DNA of 64,000 nucleotides, from the NCBI GenBank assembly GCA_964016885.1, contig OZ024742.1:280736001-280800000 (forward strand), written 5' to 3'. The position numbers and the translations under genes are program-made. Positions 57,565 to 64,000 of the stretch are shown one piece after another (positions within the stretch are counted from its first letter, which is position 1; every line of letters begins with the position of its first letter). Below the pieces are notes generated by a model that was given only the letters and a program-made list of their open reading frames with translations, was not told where the DNA came from and did not search any database. Origin of the DNA: Eledone cirrhosa (lineage: Eukaryota).

Positions 57565-58629
57565 TGTATGTATGTATGTATGTATGTATGTATGTATGAA
57601 TGTATGCATGTATGTATCTATCTTCCATCTGTGATAACATTTTACACGTTTTTATTGTATGTAAACTTCCCCCTTTGTATTTGTCCCCTTCTTTTGTGCC
57701 CCTGTGGCTAATAAAGAAATATATCTATCTATTTATGCGGGCATGTTTGCATGCGTGTATAGGAAAACATTTTTTTATTCAAACATGATATATTGAAAGC
57801 ACTAATCTGTTCGCTTTTAATCTTTTTTATGTCTTTGTTGAGTTGGAAGCAATAATGTTCGTACGTTCATTGCATTTTTTTGGAAATTCTTAGACACACT
57901 TTTCTGAATTAGGAGTAAATGATGTTGATGATAACGATGATAAAAGATCCTCCATCGCTATCCACGATGAGCTTGCAAGTAAATATTGTGCAGATTCGTA
58001 CTGCTTAAGAAGGGAGCATGTTCGGGTTTCTACACATGTATGCTTATATGTATGCATGTATGAATATATGTATATATATATGTATGTATGTATGTACGTT
58101 AAACCCTCACCCTACAATCTAATGACTGTGGACAGAAAATAGCAAATTTTTTGAATATTAAAAAGGACAGGATACGCAATCTCTTGTCCACCCATCCCTC
58201 GCCTTCAAGGACAAGTCGTAGGCCCATCGCCAGTTTTTGTCAGTTTTTTCAGTGTCAAATTTCAAACAGGCCCCCACTACTTAAGGCCTGAACGCGTCCC
58301 TTGTTAACGCGTGAAACGGAGGATGTATTGCAGTTTCGTTTCACTGCATTCCCTCCTGTTCCCAAGATATGGAGTTCTTTGTAGAATGGTCTGTCACGAT
58401 AACTTGAAATCTAATTTTTTCTTTTTATAATTATTTACCGCTTCAGCTAAAGATGTGGTGTTAACTAGTTTAGTATTGTTGAAACTACTAGAGTGTGCGT
58501 AAAATATTTTCTTAAATGTGTTTGATGTAGATCCTATATATATTTTGTAGGAGTTTTAATATATAAATGCACTGTGTCTACTACAGACTTCAACAAAATA
58601 TATATAGGATCTATATTTCGAAGACCTGC

Positions 58630-59085
58630 CACTACTCTAAAACAATAGCGTAAGGTCTTCGAAATGCTTTTAATTAAGCATACAGTGTATTGAAAAATAC
58701 ACTATATATACATTCATATATATATATCGCTATTTCAGAGCACCAATTCTAATTTTCAATTTCTGCTTGACCGGCAACCGCTCTGTATACTCAGTTCCTG
58801 ATTATTACTAGAATTCTATAAGAATCAAACATTCATGATTTTCAGTAACCAGGTGAAGTACTTAGTTTGACAAGTACCCAAAAGTAAGAAACAGAGTATG
58901 TCATCTTGATCTCCCCTGTTTGCTGAAAATGTAAAGTAAGTTAGACTGTCACTACTCTAAAACAATAGCGTAAGGTCTTCGAAATTCTTTTAATTGAGGA
59001 TACAGTATATTGCAAAATACACTATATATATATTCAAATATATATATTCAAATATATATCGCTATTTCAGAGCACCAATTCTAAT
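58630..59085. repeat. ~125-bp direct repeat (58630-58753 / 58950-59085)
   Basis: cactactctaaaacaatagcgtaaggtcttcgaaat...gctatttcagagcaccaattctaatt occurs twice. Confidence 0.7.
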
Positions 59086-59607
59086 TATATATATATATAT
59101 ATATGCATATATATACATATTCACATATGTATATATATATATATGCATATATATCCACACACAGGTGTATTTCTTTGTATAGTTATTATAGATCTTAATC
59201 TACATTTCAATTTTTACATCCTATAACGCCATCCAGCTTCGTGGGATAGCCTGCGAAATATACCAATTAACCTTTGCTTAATTGACTACATACGATTACG
59301 GAGTAACATATGTCCGTACTATTTCATCATAGACATACACATACACACATGCACACACACGCACAAGCATACATGCATACATACATACATATATGCATAT
59401 ATGCATATATATATATATATGAGATGTTAGAAAAACCGCAGACCCTCCATCTCAACTCTACTTTTGAAAAGCAGAGGCACCAAATAAATATATATATTTA
59501 AAAAAAACTAAGACTACAGTTGCATTTTCGATTTCATCTGCTTTTATTTATACTTTCACTCGTGTAGGACACCTCGGTTATTCTTCATTTAGTCAAAAAA
59601 ACCTCAC

Positions 59608-59669
<62 letters not shown>

Positions 59670-62560
59670 CGGCGATGAATTAGTTTTGCGAGGTTTTTTA
59701 TATGAAATCGTGTGGCGAAACAAATATTGTTATACATGGGGAGGGTCATATTTGTGTAATATTGCCAGAATTAATAACAACACACTCACTGTTTGGTTGG
59801 TTTTCGCTTCTGTGTCTTTTATATCGGTAATCTAACTTACTCGGTCCTCAATGTTGCCATTGACTGACCGACGCTCAAAAATAATACATATACAATATAG
59901 ACACAAACACATATATATAGTTTATCATAAATCTTTCGTTGCACATCTGCAACATCGTCAGTTGTGATATCTTTTCCTCCTGTTGTATTGTATGTCTACG
60001 CCATTTTTATTCAGTCTGTCTATATATTTATTTATTTATTTGCTTGTTTGTTTATTTTATTTTGTCTTCTCTGCGCATGCGTTTGCGTGTGTGTATAGTG
60101 TTTTGTTTGCTGTGTGATGGGTGACTAGTGTGTGTTTATGTGCTTGTTGTTATTTTTGCTTGTGTATGTATTTATTTATTTATTTATTTATTTTATTTTA
60201 TTTACTTATTTATACTTCTTAGGTCAGTGTTATTTGTTTGGGTGTTGTTGTTATTTCATTCATTCTTTCTGTTTAGTCTTGGTCTTCTAATTTCTATTTC
60301 ACTGGCCTCTCTGATTTGCCTATCTGCTGGGTCATTTCTATGTTTAGATATTAATCTAATTTCTATGTTGTCTATGTTACCGTCATGTTGTTGTCTAGCA
60401 TGTTCGTATAGTACTGCTCCGATTTTTCGTCCTTTTCGTTCCGCCCAGTGTTGGTCTATCCTTTCAGCTATGCTACGAGCTGTCTCACCTATGTATGTTG
60501 TTGTCATGTTTCTGCATGTACCCTCTGTACATCTTATGCTATAGACTACGTTTCTAGTTTTACAGTTTATCCGGGGGTTTACCTTACATATGATACATTT
60601 CCTATTGATACAGTGGGTTTTCTTAAAAGGGTAGGTTTTGCTGATCAGGGATTTTATGGTGGTTCCTGGCTTTTCTACCACCTTAATTTTTAAGTGGGTC
60701 TTTCTCAGGGCCTTTCTACACTGGTTAGCTAATTTCTCTCCAGGGGTAGCATCCACAAACATGACACTCTGGTATCTCTGGTTGTCGTACCATGAGGTGG
60801 CTTTCCCTGTCTTATGTCTAGCCCTATCTAAACTATTCCATGATTTGCTCCTGTATAATGGGCTAATTCCTTTCATGTCCAGTTCTATGAGGGTCTTATA
60901 CTTCCCCATGGCTCCTTCGTATACTCTGACATTGTCTCTTTGGTTGTAGTCAGAGAACTGCATGCGGTTGATGAAGTGTTGGATGTGTCTTTCCATTTCT
61001 GTTGGATCGCACATGCGGGACACATTATTCATCACTCGTACCAAATCTGCGATCAGAATATTAAACTTAACACTACTGGAGATTGCTGAGTTTTTGAGTA
61101 TCAGGTATTTGGAGGCCATGGGTTTAGCATAGTGTGAGTGGAGAATTTGGGCTCTCTCGTCTATAGTGTTAATCCAGAGTTCTGTGTCTATACAGGTAGT
61201 CTATTGTTAGGGTGTTTGGAAGGGAAGTCGATAGTTACAGTTATACTCTGGAATTAGCTATCTGCTGGATGCTTTCCATTGTGCTACGTTCTAAATCAAA
61301 CTTTTTAGTGCTCTCTAGTGGGGATGTTCTTATAACTATATTGATATCGTCTACATAACGAGAGTACATGATGAGGTCTATGGAGCTCTCATTAAGGAGA
61401 TATTTAAGTCTTCTTTCCCACCATACCATCAAAAGGTTGGCAACATCACCAGCTATGCTGACGCCAATGGCTGCTCCCTCATTTTGGCTGTAGATCTTCT
61501 CGTTGAACTTAAACGTGTGGCCCTTTAGGGTAGTTTTGATACTATCCCCTATTGCATGTGCGACTATTTTTCTTACCTGATCATTGTTTTGGGGGGTCCG
61601 TATAGCTCTGGTCCACCCAATCCACCTTCCCATGGGAGTTTTTTTTGCCATTGAGGTTATGGTGGGGGGTCTACCTCTTATAGTTCTACTAGGACAGAAA
61701 CGTCTAAGGTCATGGCTATCTAGGTAGTCAGTGTCGTAGGTAAGTCTAAGTAGGAGGCCCAGTTCGTCTGTGTCGACGTTGCAGAACTCCACCCCACTCT
61801 CAATGATCATCTCCTCACATCTTTTCACATCAAAATCAACGTTAATGGATGGGTACAGTGATACCACATCCATGCTGCCTATTATGCAGTTGGATAGGTT
61901 CCTGTTTTTGTTGCACTCACTGATTCTGCTGAGGAGGTCCTCTGAACTGTCACATACATCTGGGGACATCTTGATTATGGGGCGTATAACCATTGAGAAG
62001 AAGTAGGAGATCCTGTAGTTACTAGCTATATTAGCTCCGCATAAGGGTCTTGTTGGTGGTCCTGTTGTCGGGTAGTCGACTGTCTTGTGGTATTTGCCGT
62101 GCCCATACAAGGGTGGTATGCCATTGTTAGACGCCTGGAAGTTGTTGGCAGTGCGTCTGCTTGGCTTTAGGATGTCAATCCACATCATCATGTGAGCGTT
62201 GAGGATTTTCTCTCTCCCATCGTGTGTTTATTGTGCAATTTCGCTCGTGTTGGTGATGTGGGGTTGCATAGCCTTGATGTGGTTCGGCATGCTATCTATT
62301 GACATCCTACCAGACTCATCCGTGGGTAGACATACTACCTCACCATCCCTTGTGCGCTGCTTGAGGCTAACCAAGCATTCTACAAGTTTCCTCCCAAGTT
62401 GTTGGGCCTCTGGTCTGCTCTGTCTCTTAGTATACCTGTCTACTATTTGATTATCTTATTTCTAGCTATGGTGAACTGTGCCTCTGTCTCGTCATCTATT
62501 TGTTGTGGTATGCAAACTCTTTTATTAAAAAGTAACCTCGTAGGATAGATATTACCAAAT
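59670..62560 (-). mobile_element. Penelope-like retroelement (Neptune/Nematis-type EN), frameshifted RT (61241-62191) and thumb + GIY-YIG (60256-61119)
   Basis: PPTRPLCGA, SMDVVSLYPSI, Q.EGAAIG, MVWWE, RYVDD, MFVDATPG, C..RKCIIC, NCKTRNVVYSIRC, YIGETARS, REASEI..LNRKNE. Confidence 0.92.
59923..59969 (-). ncRNA. Minimal hammerhead in the 3' pLTR
   Basis: Minus: tatca(caa)-CTGACGA-t-gttgca-gatg-tgcaac-GAAA-gatt-TA-tgata. Confidence 0.6.
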
Positions 62561-62569
62561 CTGACTCTC

Positions 62570-63092
<523 letters not shown>

Positions 63093-63579
63093 TAATATTT
63101 GATGAACATTTACATGTTATAGTTGCAATTGACTAATAAGATCGCTAGAGTGAAAAATCTTAATTCAACAACATAAGGTCTGCCTGTACGATCTAGAAAT
63201 TAATAAATCAATACTCACAGACTCATATGGGCAAAAAGCCTTGGTACCTAGACACGTTTAAAATTCAAAATACAAACTTTTTCCGCAGATCGGTCAGAAC
63301 TTCAAACTTCAAACATGTTTCACAAAGGATGGTATAATAGTAAAATAATTAACTAATTAGCAGTGAGTTAATCAACTTTTTCTGTGTTTATCAATAGGCA
63401 CCCAGATAAAAATAAAATAACTCAACCTCAGAAAAATATCTAAGGTCTGGTTAGCGTAGCGAAAATACACGAGGTTTTGCACACGGCTTATTCCAGTCCT
63501 CTAACGTCCCACACATAGTGCTAGAAATAACAGCCGTTTGTATGGGATTACAAAATTCAGCTCACCTTGGGGAGCAGTG

Positions 63580-63637
<58 letters not shown>

Positions 63638-64000
63638 GAAAGGGATGAAATCGAAACGATAATGCAACTGGAGTCTTTTTAAGAATATTTATTTGGTTCC
63701 CTTACCGGCTTCGCTGTTCTTATGCTTCTAAAAATTAGAATTGAGATGGAGGGTTTGATGTTTATATATATATATATGATATTGTGTGTTTGTGTATGTG
63801 AAAAGGAGAGATGTAGAGTTTCGGGTGTTCTGCTCACGATTATCAGCTCGTGAGATCAGCACTGTTTATTTCACTCAGGAGGTAATACGATTGTTTACGC
63901 CCTTACACCACTACCAATAGCCCACAGTTGATTTCCATCTTTAGGGAAATATCATTGTTTCTATTTTATTTTTGTTATTTTCTTTGTGCCTCAATTAGAG

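Overview
Eukaryotic, AT-rich, microsatellite-saturated DNA ((TA)n, (CA)n, (CAT)n, (CATA)n). The SINE and repeat content suggests a cephalopod such as an octopus (inference). No intact host gene is evident; only one candidate exon at ~4.3 kb. Penelope-like retroelements (PLEs; RT + C-terminal GIY-YIG) dominate: one near-full-length copy (16.7-21.6 kb), larger truncated copies (22.3-24.9, 42.1-44.1, 59.7-62.6 kb) and many short head-to-head inverted 3' fragments sitting in (TA)n. By eye I find about 20 type I hammerhead ribozyme (HHR) motifs in roughly 9 unrelated sequence families. Many are minimal HHRs with a palindromic stem III, and several have core variants (U3-A8, C4). Two HHR families lie in non-coding, terminally redundant retrozyme-like elements (~0.66 kb and ~2.1 kb units); the larger carries an unusually conserved 52-nt structured motif. 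Also present: RTE, RLE (R4/Dong-like) and L1/Tx1-like LINE fragments, a tRNA-derived SINE family, a hAT MITE and a non-autonomous Helitron. All coordinates and pairings were read by eye; clade names are tentative.
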